From an uncultured archaeon (GTDB taxonomy: Archaea > Micrarchaeota > Micrarchaeia > Anstonellales > Anstonellaceae), in the NCBI GenBank assembly GCA_902384555.1, contig CABMCD010000027.1, positions 25,067-89,066 on the forward strand: 64,000 bases of DNA, given 5' to 3'. The translations under genes were made by a program, and so were the position numbers. Below are positions 1 to 10,621 of the stretch, in pieces. Below the pieces are notes generated by a model that was not told the DNA's origin, ran no database searches, and was given only the letters and a program-made list of their open reading frames with translations. Position 1 is the stretch's first letter. Each line of letters begins with the position of its first letter.

Positions 1-49
1 AACGACATTTTGCAAAACCGCGGCAGCTCGGATGCGGGCTGAGGCGGAT

Positions 50-916
50 TCAGGCCGGGAATTGCAGCAGCACGATGCCCAGCAGCACCAGGCCCAGCGC
101 GCCCCACTGCCAGGCGCCCAGTTTTTCCTTGTAGGCAAACTTGGCATAGATGGCCGCCACCAGCGGGCTTGAGAAGGAGAGGGCGGCCACGATGCTCACC
201 GGCGCGATCTCCACGCCGAAGTTGAAGGCGAGGGTGCCCAGCGCACCCAGCAGGCCGATGAAGAGAAGAGAGGGCAGCAGCTTTTTGGGCGGCAGGGAGA
301 GGGGAGCTTTGGTCCAGCCCCAGTGCAGGGCGCTGGCCGCCAGCACCCCGCCCTCCAGCATCAAGGCCGAGAGGATGGGGCCGAAGAGCGAGACGGGAAT
401 TTTGAGCAGGAAAAAGACCGCGCCCCACAGCACGCCCGCCACAAGAGCCGGCGCCACGCCGGCCATCATCGAGGGGCCGGAGGCGCGCCAGTGCTTCAAG
501 TCGAAGGAGAGGGCCAGCACGCCCAAAATGATGAGCAGCAGGGCGAAGAGCTGCCCTCCGCTGAAGGATTCGCCAAAGAAAAGGATGGAGAAGAGAACGG
601 TGAAGAGGACCGAGCTGGAGGAGACGGGCGCCACCACCCCGACTTGGCCTGCCTTGACGGCTTTGCAATAGGCCAGCAGCGGAATGTAGGAGAGGACGGA
701 GACCATGCTGGCGATGAGCAGCAGGGAGGCGGAGAAGGGCGCGGGTGGGCGGAAAAAGAGAACGCCCAGCAGGATGGCGCAAATCACCAGGTTGCGGAAA
801 AACACGGTCTTGAAGATTTCGATTTGCCGCACCAGAGGCTGGTAGAGGGCGTTGGCCAGACCGTAGCCCAGCATGGACAAAAGCCCGAAGACGATGCCCG
901 AACCCAGGTCGGCCAT
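50..916 (-). CDS. DMT/EamA-family membrane transporter
   Basis: 10-TM hydrophobic profile with two EamA-like halves. Sequence composition typical of drug/metabolite transporters. Confidence 0.65.
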   Translation of the reverse strand: MADLGSGIVFGLLSMLGYGLANALYQPLVRQIEIFKTVFFRNLVICAILLGVLFFRPPAPFSASLLLIASMVSVLSYIPLLAYCKAVKAGQVGVVAPVSSSSVLFTVLFSILFFGESFSGGQLFALLLIILGVLALSFDLKHWRASGPSMMAGVAPALVAGVLWGAVFFLLKIPVSLFGPILSALMLEGGVLAASALHWGWTKAPLSLPPKKLLPSLLFIGLLGALGTLAFNFGVEIAPVSIVAALSFSSPLVAAIYAKFAYKEKLGAWQWGALGLVLLGIVLLQFPA

Positions 917-925
917 GGCACGACC

Positions 926-1525
926 CTAGAAAAACACGTCCTTTTTCTCAAAGCGCACTTTCGGCCTTGGCGTATCGGCCGCATAGCCCACCGGCACCAC
1001 CACGCTGGGCACGAGGTGCGCGGGCAGATGAAGCACCTTGGAGTATTCGGCCGGAATGAAACCTTCCATCGGGCAGGAGTCGAGGCCCAAGGATTTGGCG
1101 CCGTTGAGGGCGTTGGCCACGGCCAGATAGACCTGCTTCTGCGCCCACGGCAGGCGCGCTTCCGGAGGCATGGAAGAGATGAGGCCGTCCACCATCTTGG
1201 CAAAACCCGCCACGCCCTCGTCAGGAATGCCGGAAGCCTTCATCTTGGAGTAGAGCGCCTTGGCGCGCGCCTCCAAGTCGGTGTCGGCGCAGAACACCAG
1301 CAGGTGCGAGCAGGAGGTGATTTGGGGCTGGTTCCACGAGTGCGGCAGAAGGGCTTGCTTGGTGTGCGCGTCATGGATGACCTTGATGCGCCAGGGCTGG
1401 AGGTTGACGGAGGAGGGGGCGAGGCGCACCATTTCCATCAGCTGGTCCATGAGCTTGTCGTCCACCTTTCTCCCGTCAAAGCTTCGGGTGGCATAGCGGG
1501 CTTTCACGATTTCGGAAAATTCCAT
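926..1525 (-). CDS. NAD(P)H nitroreductase family protein
   Basis: RYATRSF...LAPSSVNLQPW motifs and a ~200 aa length typical of the nitroreductase fold. Confidence 0.75.
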   Translation of the reverse strand: MEFSEIVKARYATRSFDGRKVDDKLMDQLMEMVRLAPSSVNLQPWRIKVIHDAHTKQALLPHSWNQPQITSCSHLLVFCADTDLEARAKALYSKMKASGIPDEGVAGFAKMVDGLISSMPPEARLPWAQKQVYLAVANALNGAKSLGLDSCPMEGFIPAEYSKVLHLPAHLVPSVVVPVGYAADTPRPKVRFEKKDVFF

Positions 1526-1612
1526 GGGAACACCTCAGAGATGGGATGTAACGGGGGCGCGAATTAAAACAATATGCAAAAGCGAAAGGCCGGCATGAAA
1601 GGGACGGGCAGA

Positions 1613-2224
1613 TTATTTCTGCCGCGCGTCCAGCGGATTGCGCAAAAAGGGCAGCGAGGGCGGGAAGTCGGCCAGCAGGTGCAGGGCGTATCCGATGCCG
1701 AAGCCCGCGCTCAGGGGCCAGGGGTTGTCGGAGATGCGGATGATGTGGTTGAGCATGCCCACGCCGCCCATCATCACCGCCGCCGAGGTCCAGTGGTGGA
1801 AGGCGTTCTTGTCCGGAATCCAGGCCACCAGAATCCAGGAGAGCACATAGGCGGCCGCCATCATCGCAATCGCGAGGCCGATTTGACACACGGCCGACGC
1901 GTCAAGGCCGGGAATGAAGCCCGAAATGGCGGCGGCCGGGCAGACCCCCTGCGCCATGGGCCAGAAGACGGGAAAGAGCAGGATGGCGAAGCCCATGAGC
2001 ACGATGAGCACCATGGTCTGAAACGTGGTGCGGATGAATCCGGTGAGCACGTCGATGTCGGGGAAAACCATGCCCGCGAAAAAGCCCACCACGGCCAGCG
2101 TGGAGGCCTCCGCACCCAGGCCGAGGGCCGAGGCGGCGAACAGGATGAAGAAGGGGGCGACGGCGGCCAGCGCGATTTTTCGCACAGTGGGGCCGGGAAC
2201 AAAGGCCGCGCGGGGGGAAATCAT
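1613..2224 (-). CDS. membrane-bound metal-dependent hydrolase-like protein (DUF457/YdjM-like)
   Basis: Multi-TM protein with a HLLADF motif. Start moved to the internal ATG at 2224 (MISPRAA); the upstream extension looks spurious. Confidence 0.45.
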   Translation of the reverse strand: MISPRAAFVPGPTVRKIALAAVAPFFILFAASALGLGAEASTLAVVGFFAGMVFPDIDVLTGFIRTTFQTMVLIVLMGFAILLFPVFWPMAQGVCPAAAISGFIPGLDASAVCQIGLAIAMMAAAYVLSWILVAWIPDKNAFHHWTSAAVMMGGVGMLNHIIRISDNPWPLSAGFGIGYALHLLADFPPSLPFLRNPLDARQK

Positions 2225-2294
2225 GGCTGAATTGGGAAAGAGGCGAATAAAAACAAGGCGGTCGGGAAGAAAATAAAACAGAAAAACGGACGGC

Positions 2295-3161
2295 TCAGTA
2301 GAGCACAATCACCGGCTCGGTGTAGTATCTTGCCGAGCCGTAGCGCACGCGCTTGCGCACCGCGTCGGCCAAAAACTTCCATGCCGTCTCCGGCGTCTCG
2401 TTGAGATAACCGAGGTGGAAGTTGAGGCGGATGATGCGGTTGGGAATCATGTGGCGCGTGGATTTGGGCGGCAGGGGCCGGCCGGCGCGGGCCTCGGCAA
2501 TCACTTCGCTTTTCTTGAAGTTGCGGCGCACCAGCACCGAATAGCCGTTGTCCAGGAAAGAGTCGAGGCGGTTGTCCTCCACGAAGTGCAAATCGCCGTT
2601 GTTGCCGTTGGACTCGAACGCATGGCCGTTTCCGCCCTGCAGCGAGCCAACCAGGCGGCGCTGGTCCTCAATCACAGTGACCAGCTTGCGGTCCGAGGAC
2701 TTGAAGAGGGTGCAGGCATCCGCTTTGCCCTTGCGCTGGACCAGCATGAAGGCGGCCTCGAGATTCTCCAGCGCCTCGGAGCCGGTTTTGAAATCGACCT
2801 TCTCGCCCTTGCCCATGCGCTCGAGCGGCAGGGTCTTGGTGGCGAGGTACCAGCCGCCGATGGTGATTTCGGAGGAGTGGTAGTCCACCACTTGGCACAC
2901 CGAATGCTCGGTCTTGAGCGAGGAGAGCACCGCGCGGCGGTGGTTGCCGTCCAGCACCACATGGTGCTCCTGGTCCACGATGATGGGGTCCACGAGGCGG
3001 CCGAGGTTGAGCATGTTCTCGCGCAGGTTGCGCTCGTTGGCCTCCAGCGTCTGCTCGTGGATTTTCAGCGAGTCGATGGGAAGGATTTGCAAGCGCTCAA
3101 GGATTTCGTCGGCCAGCATGGAAACACCGCAAAAGAGACCGCGTGCAGCGGGGCCGAACAT
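2295..3161 (-). CDS. ParB/Srx-like nuclease-domain protein
   Basis: LQILPIDSLKIHEQTL...VVLDGNHRRAVL, the ParB N-terminal/sulfiredoxin DGxHR motif. The N-terminal 112 aa of the track ORF is low-complexity and likely not translated; start chosen at MFGPAARG. Confidence 0.5.
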   Translation of the reverse strand: MFGPAARGLFCGVSMLADEILERLQILPIDSLKIHEQTLEANERNLRENMLNLGRLVDPIIVDQEHHVVLDGNHRRAVLSSLKTEHSVCQVVDYHSSEITIGGWYLATKTLPLERMGKGEKVDFKTGSEALENLEAAFMLVQRKGKADACTLFKSSDRKLVTVIEDQRRLVGSLQGGNGHAFESNGNNGDLHFVEDNRLDSFLDNGYSVLVRRNFKKSEVIAEARAGRPLPPKSTRHMIPNRIIRLNFHLGYLNETPETAWKFLADAVRKRVRYGSARYYTEPVIVLY

Positions 3162-3246
3162 GGCCCGCGGACTGGGCGTGTCTTGAGTTTCACATTGAAC
3201 CGAGGGATTTTTTAAGGGCACGCTCGTGCGCTTATGCGGTGCAGAC

Positions 3247-3717
3247 ATGGAGAAGAACGGCAACCGCCTCATTCGCATTATCTCCCTGATTTTCACCCTC
3301 ACCATGGGCCTGCTCGTGGTGCTGGGTGCCATGGTGATGATGTTCGGCAATTTCGAGCTGGGCGTCATTCTCTTCATACTGGGGCTGGTGCTGGTCATCT
3401 CCAATGAGAGCATCCTGCCGCGCCTGCGCAAGGTCAAGACCGCCAACCCCAACGTCGAGCCGGGGCTGGTGGAGGAAGTGCTCAACCTCGCCATCATCGG
3501 CTACACGCCCCCGCTCGTGCTGGGCGCCTACCTCTTCTTCGCCTCGCAGGCCGACTTCAAGCTCGTGATTTTCATGGCGGCCAGCTTCACGGTGGTGACC
3601 ATGAAGATATTCGCCAAAATCATGGCCAGCCGCTACATGTACCGGCCGCTGGGCGGCGAGGAAGTGTATTCTTTCCAGCCCCAGCAGCAGGAAGAATACG
3701 CCGAGCCGGGCGTGTAG
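3247..3717 (+). CDS. small integral membrane protein (hypothetical)
   Basis: Three or four predicted TM helices. ATG at 3247 preferred over the GTG at 3226. Confidence 0.4.
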   Translation: MEKNGNRLIRIISLIFTLTMGLLVVLGAMVMMFGNFELGVILFILGLVLVISNESILPRLRKVKTANPNVEPGLVEEVLNLAIIGYTPPLVLGAYLFFASQADFKLVIFMAASFTVVTMKIFAKIMASRYMYRPLGGEEVYSFQPQQQEEYAEPGV

Positions 3718-3762
3718 GGAAAGGCCAGAACGGCCCCGGACGGCCCGGACCCGATTGCTCTT

Positions 3763-5466
3763 TTATCTTCTGCGCCGGCGCTTGAGGTCGCGGGCCAGCT
3801 TTTCGAATTCGTCCTGCATGAGCCTAAGCGAGCGCGAAAGGCGGGATGCGGCCGATTGGCCGGACTGCATCAGGCTGGAACCGGCGCGCGGAACGGACTG
3901 GCCGATGCGCCGGGCGGTGCGGGCCGAGCGCTCCATTCCCTCCCCCGCGAGGCGCATGGTGCGCTGGGTTTCCCGCTCCACCATCCGCGCGCCGGCCGCT
4001 GGAACTTCGGCCAAGCGCTCGGCCGCCCATACCGTGTGCTGGGTGCCCGTCTGCGCGAGATGAAGGCTGGCCTCGCTGAAGTCCATGAGGTGGCGGCCCA
4101 TGCGCCGGCTGGGCTGCGCAGCCAGCACCTCCCACAAGAAGCGCCCGCCGCTCATGCCGCCCTCGAAGGTGTGCTCCGAGAAGCGGGGGAGGAAGTAGGC
4201 GGAGGCGATGTAGCGCGCCATGGCGCTGATGAAAAAGACCGCCAAAAAGGGCGTCGGGTCCAGCGCGCCGGCGTGCGGCCAGACGGCCAGCAGGGCGCCG
4301 CCCAGCAGGGTGCCCAGCAGCATCCCGCTGCCCTTCGAGAGGCCGTAGACGGCCGACTGCGAAGCGCGCGAGGAGGGGTCGGGCATCGAGATGGTGTAGG
4401 TGAGGCAGGCGAGGTCAAAGCCCGACCACGCGAGGCCGGAGAACACCTGCGCGAAGAAAAGCCATTCGAACGAGTGGCCCATCACCCAAAGCATGGCGAC
4501 CGCCGGCACCAGAAAGCCGGTGCCGAACAGCACGGCGCGGTTGCCGAAGCGGTCGATGATTTTTCCCCAATAGGTGTAGAAAAACACCTTGGCCAGCGTC
4601 TGCACCGCCACCAGCACCGACCAGGTGAAGTAGTCGAACTTGAGCACGCTGAGCATGTAGATGTCGAAGAAGGGCGCGGCGATGTAGGTGGCGGTGATGA
4701 GGGCGCTCACATAGAGGCTGAAGCGCCGCCCTTCGGCCAAGCCGGGCGAGGAGAGGTAGGTGCGCCAGTCGGAGGCATGCTGAGGGCCGGATGGGACGGC
4801 CTGCTCGGGGCGATGGTCGGCCATGCGCGAGAGAAACCAGCCCGACACGAGGCGGGCGGCGAGGGCGGTGAGAAAGAGGATGGCAAAGGCCTGCGTGCCG
4901 GGCAGGCCGGCGTGGTCCAGCATCCAGCCGGCGCCCAGCACCGCCAGCATCTGCAGCAGCACGTTGAGCCGCAGGCGGCTGGAGAAAAACGAGCCGCGCT
5001 CGCCGGGCGTCACCAGCTCGGCCATCCACGCGCTCCAGCCGGGATTGAGCATCTGGCCGAACACTTGATAGAGAATGTAGAGGCCCAAGACCGGAAGCAG
5101 GGCGGAGGAGGAGTCGGCCAGCGCGGGGCCGAAGAGGCCGCTGCCGGCGGCCCAAGCCAGAAGGGCAATGGGGATCCAGATGAGGGCTTGCAGCAGCACC
5201 CCAGAGGCATAGACCAGGCGGCGGTTGCGGATGCGCGGCTCGATTGGAAGAACCAGCATCTGCGCCAGCGCGCCGATGAACTGGGGCACGGTTTGGATGA
5301 TGCCCGAAAAACCCGAATCCGCGCCCAGTTTGATGGCGAAAGGATTGACGAAGGTCTCGCCCGCGCCCACCATCACCGACCAGGCGGCGCCGTCCGCCAG
5401 CGAGGCGGACTTGGAGCGCTGGCGCTCGGCCGGAGTATAGCCGTTCTCGTCTCGCGTGTCGCTCAT
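3763..5466 (-). CDS. MFS transporter with long cytoplasmic C-terminal tail
   Basis: 12 TM-like segments. Start at MSDTRDENGY (ATG 5466). C-terminal ~140 aa is Arg/Ser/Ala-rich and non-membrane. Confidence 0.65.
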   Translation of the reverse strand: MSDTRDENGYTPAERQRSKSASLADGAAWSVMVGAGETFVNPFAIKLGADSGFSGIIQTVPQFIGALAQMLVLPIEPRIRNRRLVYASGVLLQALIWIPIALLAWAAGSGLFGPALADSSSALLPVLGLYILYQVFGQMLNPGWSAWMAELVTPGERGSFFSSRLRLNVLLQMLAVLGAGWMLDHAGLPGTQAFAILFLTALAARLVSGWFLSRMADHRPEQAVPSGPQHASDWRTYLSSPGLAEGRRFSLYVSALITATYIAAPFFDIYMLSVLKFDYFTWSVLVAVQTLAKVFFYTYWGKIIDRFGNRAVLFGTGFLVPAVAMLWVMGHSFEWLFFAQVFSGLAWSGFDLACLTYTISMPDPSSRASQSAVYGLSKGSGMLLGTLLGGALLAVWPHAGALDPTPFLAVFFISAMARYIASAYFLPRFSEHTFEGGMSGGRFLWEVLAAQPSRRMGRHLMDFSEASLHLAQTGTQHTVWAAERLAEVPAAGARMVERETQRTMRLAGEGMERSARTARRIGQSVPRAGSSLMQSGQSAASRLSRSLRLMQDEFEKLARDLKRRRRR

Positions 5467-5602
5467 GATAGGGTCGCCGGATGGGAAAACGCGGGCTTGG
5501 AATTTAAAGCGCGCAGGCGCGGGCATCGGAAGGAGCTGAATCCTGCTTCGGGTGTGTGGTTGCATCTTTTTGTTCATTTTGGTATAGATGCATACAAATA
5601 AG

Positions 5603-5620
5603 CACGAATATTTAAATAGG
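5603..5620 (+). promoter_or_regulatory. archaeal BRE/TATA-like element upstream of trpE
   Basis: cgaatatttaaatagg, an AT island in a GC-rich genome, ~45 nt upstream of the trpE ATG at 5663. Confidence 0.45.
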
Positions 5621-5662
5621 TCCGACGGGGAGTTGAATCATCCAAACATTAGGTGCATTACC

Positions 5663-7027
5663 ATGATTCATGAAGAAAGACTGGCCATGTCCATCTCGCC
5701 GGTGGACCTGTTTTCGGCCGTGTGCGAGCGCTGCGACAAGGCCTTTTTGCTCGAATCCAGCGACGGCCCGCAGAAGCTGGCGCGCTTCTCCTTTGTGGGC
5801 TTCGAGCCGGCCAAGCACATCGTGCTCAAGGAGGGGAAGTTCAGCGTGAATGGGAAAGAGAGGGAAGCCGGGAAAAATCCGCTCGCAATGCTCAAGGCCG
5901 AGGTGGGTACCGATGACGACCCCCATGCCGGCCTCACGGGCGGGGCGGTGGGCTACTTTTCCTATGAATACACCCGCTATTTGGAAGCGCTCAAGACCGA
6001 TTTGGCGGACGAGACGGGCTTCCCGGATTTCGAGTTCGGCATTTTCGAGGACGTGGTGGTGTTCGACCACCACGAGGGCGCGGTGCGTTATTTGCACCGC
6101 GGCGAGAGCCGCCTCGAGCGGCTGAAAGAAATGGTGATGGGCGCGTCGTTCAGCCCCGAGCCGATGCAGATGTACAATTCCAAGTGCAACACCAGCCGCG
6201 AGAAATTCTGCCAAAATGTGGAGCAGGCCAAAAAGATGATAGAGGCGGGCGAGATTTTCCAGGTGGTGCTCTCCAAGCGCTATGACGTGAAATATTCGGG
6301 CAGCTTGGTGCCGTTCTACAAAAAGCTCAAGGCCATCAATCCCTCCCCCTATCTCTACTTCCTCAAGTTCGGGGAGCGGCAGGTAATCGGCTCCAGCCCC
6401 GAAAATCTGGTGCGCGTGGAAGGACGGGAGATTACCAGCTTCGCCACCCTCGCCGGCACGCGCGAGCGCGGCAAGGACGTGCAGGAGGACGCGAAGTTGG
6501 AGAAGGAGCTGTTGATGGACGAGAAGGAGCGGGCCGAGCATCTCATGCTGGTCGACCTCACGCGCAACGACGTGGGAAAGGTGGCGGCTGCGGGCAGCGT
6601 GCAGGTGCCCAAACTGATGGAAGTGCACAAATTCTCGCACGTGCAGCACATCGCCTCGCAGGTGAGCGCCACCCTCGCGGAGGGCAAGGATGCCTATGAC
6701 GCGCTGGCCTCCATTCTGCCGGCCGGCACGGTGTCGGGCGCGCCGAAAGTGCGGGCCATGCAAATCATTGACGAACTGGAGGGCGCGCGGCGCGGGCCCT
6801 ATGCGGGCGCGGTGGGCTATTTCTCGGCCAACGGCAATGCGGATTTCGCCATTTCGATTCGCACGCTGTTTGCAAACGGCAAGAAGGCCTTCATCCAGAC
6901 GGGGGCCGGTATTGTGTATGACAGCGTGCCGGACAAGGAATTTGACGAGACGGAGAACAAGGCCAAGGCGCTGCTGCATGCCATGGGCGAGGACCGCTAT
7001 GAGGCGGCCATTGCGGGGAAGAGGTGA
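5663..7027 (+). CDS. trpE: anthranilate synthase component I
   Basis: Full-length TrpE-like sequence with a chorismate-binding C-terminal domain. Start placed at 5663, downstream of the TATA element. Confidence 0.9.
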   Translation: MIHEERLAMSISPVDLFSAVCERCDKAFLLESSDGPQKLARFSFVGFEPAKHIVLKEGKFSVNGKEREAGKNPLAMLKAEVGTDDDPHAGLTGGAVGYFSYEYTRYLEALKTDLADETGFPDFEFGIFEDVVVFDHHEGAVRYLHRGESRLERLKEMVMGASFSPEPMQMYNSKCNTSREKFCQNVEQAKKMIEAGEIFQVVLSKRYDVKYSGSLVPFYKKLKAINPSPYLYFLKFGERQVIGSSPENLVRVEGREITSFATLAGTRERGKDVQEDAKLEKELLMDEKERAEHLMLVDLTRNDVGKVAAAGSVQVPKLMEVHKFSHVQHIASQVSATLAEGKDAYDALASILPAGTVSGAPKVRAMQIIDELEGARRGPYAGAVGYFSANGNADFAISIRTLFANGKKAFIQTGAGIVYDSVPDKEFDETENKAKALLHAMGEDRYEAAIAGKR

Positions 7028-7031
7028 GCCC

Positions 7032-7622
7032 ATGACCAAATTGCTGATAATCGACAATTTCGATTCGTTTACCTACAACCTCTACCAGCGCCTGCGCGAG
7101 CTGGAGTGCGAAGTGGAGGTAAAAAGAAATAACGCCATCACGCTCCAGCAAATCAGGGCCGGGAATTATGACGGGCTCGTGCTCTCGCCCGGCCCCGGCA
7201 CGCCGGAAAAAAAGGAGGATTTCGGCGTGTGCGCGGACGTGATTCGGGAGCTGGGCCCGTCTTCGCCCATTTTGGGCGTGTGCTTGGGCCATCAGGGCAT
7301 CATCCATTCGTTTGGGGGCAAAATCGTGCGCGCGCCAAGGCCGAGGCATGGCAAAACTTCGCAGATTGAGCATGAGGGCAGGGGCCTGTTCGAGGGCCTG
7401 CCCAACCCGCTCACCGTCATGCGCTATCACTCGCTGGTGGGAGAAGAGGCCAGCCTGCCGTCTTGCCTGCGCATCACGGCCCGAAGCCTGGACGACAAGC
7501 AGGTAATGGGCGTGCAGCACGAGAAATATCCCATGTTCGGAGTGCAGTTCCACCCCGAATCCATCATGGCGCAGGATGGGCTTAGGCTGCTGGGCAATTT
7601 CCGGGCCCAATGCAAAAGGTGA
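7032..7622 (+). CDS. trpG: anthranilate synthase component II (glutamine amidotransferase)
   Basis: Class I GATase with GVCLGHQ (catalytic Cys) and an HPE motif. ATG at 7032, 5 nt after the trpE stop. Confidence 0.9.
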   Translation: MTKLLIIDNFDSFTYNLYQRLRELECEVEVKRNNAITLQQIRAGNYDGLVLSPGPGTPEKKEDFGVCADVIRELGPSSPILGVCLGHQGIIHSFGGKIVRAPRPRHGKTSQIEHEGRGLFEGLPNPLTVMRYHSLVGEEASLPSCLRITARSLDDKQVMGVQHEKYPMFGVQFHPESIMAQDGLRLLGNFRAQCKR

Positions 7623-7626
7623 GCGC

Positions 7627-8628
7627 ATGGAATTTCAAGCCATTTTGAACAAGGCCGTCCTGAGCCAAGAGCTGGACGAGGACGAGGCGCGCTTGGCCAT
7701 GCAGCTGATGATGGAAGGCAAAATAGAGAACGAGAAGATGGCGGCCTTTCTCACCGCCCTGAAAATGAGGGGCGAGAGCGCAGGCGAGATTGCCTCCTTT
7801 GCGCGCGTGATGCGGCAGAATGCGCGCACCATCCGCGCAGAGGGCGACTATTTGGTTGATACGTGCGGCACGGGCGGGGATGGAAGGAGCACGTTCAATG
7901 TCTCCACGTGTGCCGCCTTTGTGGCGGCCGGGGCAGGCTGCCAAGTGGCCAAGCACGGCAATCGGGCCAGCTCCTCCAAAAGCGGCAGCGCGGATGCGCT
8001 GGAAGCGCTGGGCGTGAAAGTGGGCCTGGGGCCGCAAGAGTGCGAGAAGCAGCTCCAAGCGATTGGAATCACCTTTCTGTTTGCGCCGGCTTTTCATCCG
8101 GCCATGAAAAATGTGGGGCCCGTGAGAAAGGCCTTGGGATTCAAGACCGTGTTCAACATCTTGGGGCCGCTCACCAACCCGGCCGGCGTGAGGCGGCAGG
8201 TCATTGGCGTCTATGACAAGAAGATGGCGGGCAAGATGGCCGAAGTGCTGCAAAAGCTTGGAGTGGAGCGCGCGCTGGTGGTTTCCTCCGATACGGACGA
8301 GATTTCGATTTCGGACGAGACGCAGGTGCATGAGGTGGAGGGCGGGAAAATCAAAACCTATTCCATTTCGCCTGAAAAATTCGGAATAAAGAAAGCAAGC
8401 TTGGATGAGCTTAAGGCCGATGAGGCCGCGGCAAGTTCCCGCATTATTCTCGAGGTTCTTTCCGGCAAGAGCGGTCCGGCGCGAGATATTGTTTTGCTCA
8501 ATGCGGGGGCGGCCATTTATGCGGCCGGCAAGGCGGACAGTTTGGAAAAAGGCATGGAAATGGCCACGCAATCGATTGATTCGGGTGCGGCCATGAAAAA
8601 GCTTGAGCAAATGAGAAAGTTCGCATAG
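7627..8628 (+). CDS. trpD: anthranilate phosphoribosyltransferase
   Basis: DTCGTGGDG motif and overall TrpD architecture. Confidence 0.9.
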   Translation: MEFQAILNKAVLSQELDEDEARLAMQLMMEGKIENEKMAAFLTALKMRGESAGEIASFARVMRQNARTIRAEGDYLVDTCGTGGDGRSTFNVSTCAAFVAAGAGCQVAKHGNRASSSKSGSADALEALGVKVGLGPQECEKQLQAIGITFLFAPAFHPAMKNVGPVRKALGFKTVFNILGPLTNPAGVRRQVIGVYDKKMAGKMAEVLQKLGVERALVVSSDTDEISISDETQVHEVEGGKIKTYSISPEKFGIKKASLDELKADEAAASSRIILEVLSGKSGPARDIVLLNAGAAIYAAGKADSLEKGMEMATQSIDSGAAMKKLEQMRKFA

Positions 8629-8635
8629 GAAGGTT

Positions 8636-10612
8636 TTGCATATGGCCGACATTTTGGACAAATTCATTTCACAGGCGCTGGAAAACGTCCAGAGCGGATA
8701 TTACGAGAGCGTGAAGGAGAAAGCACAGGTGAAGAAAGTCTCGCTGGCCTCGCGCCTTCGCTCCAATCCGTTCTCCCTTATTTCCGAAATCAAGCACGCC
8801 TCCCCGGCCGGGGAATATTCGTTTGAGGGCGTGGATGACCTGAAGATGGCCCGCGCCTTTCAGGAGTGCGGAGCGGACGCCATTTCGGTGGTGGTGGAGC
8901 CCAAGATATTCAAGGGAGATTTGAAGACCGTGGCGGTGGCCAAACAGGTGGGCCTGCCGGTGCTGTTCAAGGATTTTGTGCTGGATGAAAGACAGGTGGA
9001 GGCGGCCAGCCGGGCAGGCGCGGATTGCATGCTCTTGGTTATGCGCGTCATGGACCGCCAGAAATTGGATGCGCAGAAGTTCGTGGAAATGGCGCATGCG
9101 CGGGGCTTGGAAGTGCTGCTCGAATGCTATGATGCGGACGAGATGAAAAGGGCGATTGAAACCGATGCCGATGTGCTGGGCATCAACAACCGGGATTTGC
9201 AAACCCTCAAAGTGGATTTGAAGCGCACGCAGGAGATTGTGGAAAAGTTTGGAGCCAAATTGGACCGGCCCCTCATATCGGAGAGCGGGGTGAAGAGCCG
9301 GGCCGATGCCGAATTTTTGCAGAAATTGGGCGCCAAGGGCATTCTGGTGGGCACGGCATTGTGGACCGCCAAAGACGTGAGGGAAAAAGTGAGGGAGCTT
9401 AAATCCATTTCCTCCAGCCCTGCCCTGCAAAAGCATTTCGGCAGCTTTGGTGGGCAGTATGTGCCCGAAATTCTGGTGCCCGTGCTCGAAGAGCTGGAGC
9501 AGGAATTCGCCAAGGCCATGGCCGACCCCAAATTCCGCTCCGAACTTGAGTATTATCTCACGCACTATGCCGGAAGGCCCACGCCGCTGTATTACGCCAA
9601 GCGCCTGAGCGAGAAGACGGGCTTGAAAATCTATCTCAAGCGCGAGGATTTGCTGCACACCGGGGCGCACAAAATCAACAATTGTTTGGGGCAGGCGCTG
9701 CTGGCGAAAAGAATGGGCAAGACGCGCCTGATTGCCGAAACCGGGGCCGGACAGCACGGCGTGGCGAGCGCCACCGCGGCTGCGCTCTTGGGCCTTGAGT
9801 GCGAAGTGTATATGGGCCGCGAGGATGCCGAGCGCCAAGCCCTCAATGTCTACCGCATGAAACTGCTGGGCGCCAAAGTGGTTGTGGTGGAGGCCGGCTC
9901 GCGCACGCTCAAGGATGCGGTGAACGAGGCCATCCGCGACTATGCGGCCAATTTCAAGAACACGCATTACATGCTGGGCTCGGCCTTGGGGCCGCACCCC
10001 TTCCCCTCTATGGTGGCCGAATTCCAGTCCGTAATCGGCAAAGAGGCCAGAGAGCAGATTTTGAAGGCCGAAGGCCGTTTGCCGGATTATTTGGTGGCCT
10101 GTGTGGGCGGCGGGAGCAATGCCATCGGCCTCTTTGGGGCGTTTTTGCAGGACAAGGAAGTGAAGATGATTGGCGTGGAAGCAGGAGGCTTGGGCATTTC
10201 GAGCGGAAAGCACGCGGCCCGCTTCAGCCAAGACGGCAAGATAGGAATTTTGCACGGCACCAAGACTTATGTGCTCGAAGATAAGTATGGGCAAATTCAG
10301 GACACGCACTCCATTTCGGCCGGGTTGGACTATCCGGCCGTGGGGCCGGCCCATGCCCAGCTCGCGAAGAGCGGACGGGCCAAATACGTGTCCTTGCAGG
10401 ATGACGAGGCGCTGGAAGGCTTCCGGCAGCTGGCGCAAATGGAGGGCATCATTCCGGCGCTCGAATCCGCGCATGCGGTGGGATATTTGAAGAAATTGGC
10501 CAAGGAAATCTCCCCGAATTCGGTCGTGATTGTGAATTTGTCGGGCCGCGGCGACAAGGACGTGGAGCAAATCGCGAGGCGGGAAAAGAAAGAAGAAACA
10601 GGCCAATCTTGA
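8636..10612 (+). CDS. trpCB: fused indole-3-glycerol-phosphate synthase / tryptophan synthase beta chain
   Basis: N-terminal ~260 aa is IGPS-like ([15 protein letters not shown]). C-terminal ~395 aa is TrpB-like ([12 protein letters not shown]...HTGAHKINN...GGGSNA). Confidence 0.88.
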   Translation: MHMADILDKFISQALENVQSGYYESVKEKAQVKKVSLASRLRSNPFSLISEIKHASPAGEYSFEGVDDLKMARAFQECGADAISVVVEPKIFKGDLKTVAVAKQVGLPVLFKDFVLDERQVEAASRAGADCMLLVMRVMDRQKLDAQKFVEMAHARGLEVLLECYDADEMKRAIETDADVLGINNRDLQTLKVDLKRTQEIVEKFGAKLDRPLISESGVKSRADAEFLQKLGAKGILVGTALWTAKDVREKVRELKSISSSPALQKHFGSFGGQYVPEILVPVLEELEQEFAKAMADPKFRSELEYYLTHYAGRPTPLYYAKRLSEKTGLKIYLKREDLLHTGAHKINNCLGQALLAKRMGKTRLIAETGAGQHGVASATAAALLGLECEVYMGREDAERQALNVYRMKLLGAKVVVVEAGSRTLKDAVNEAIRDYAANFKNTHYMLGSALGPHPFPSMVAEFQSVIGKEAREQILKAEGRLPDYLVACVGGGSNAIGLFGAFLQDKEVKMIGVEAGGLGISSGKHAARFSQDGKIGILHGTKTYVLEDKYGQIQDTHSISAGLDYPAVGPAHAQLAKSGRAKYVSLQDDEALEGFRQLAQMEGIIPALESAHAVGYLKKLAKEISPNSVVIVNLSGRGDKDVEQIARREKKEETGQS

Positions 10613-10621
10613 TTCGAGGCG

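Noticed and set aside
5588-5662. Upstream ATG (MHTNKHEY...) as trpE start
   Set aside because: It lies upstream of the BRE/TATA-like element at 5603-5620, so the promoter would be inside the coding sequence. ATG 5663 gives a conventional ~20-nt leader.
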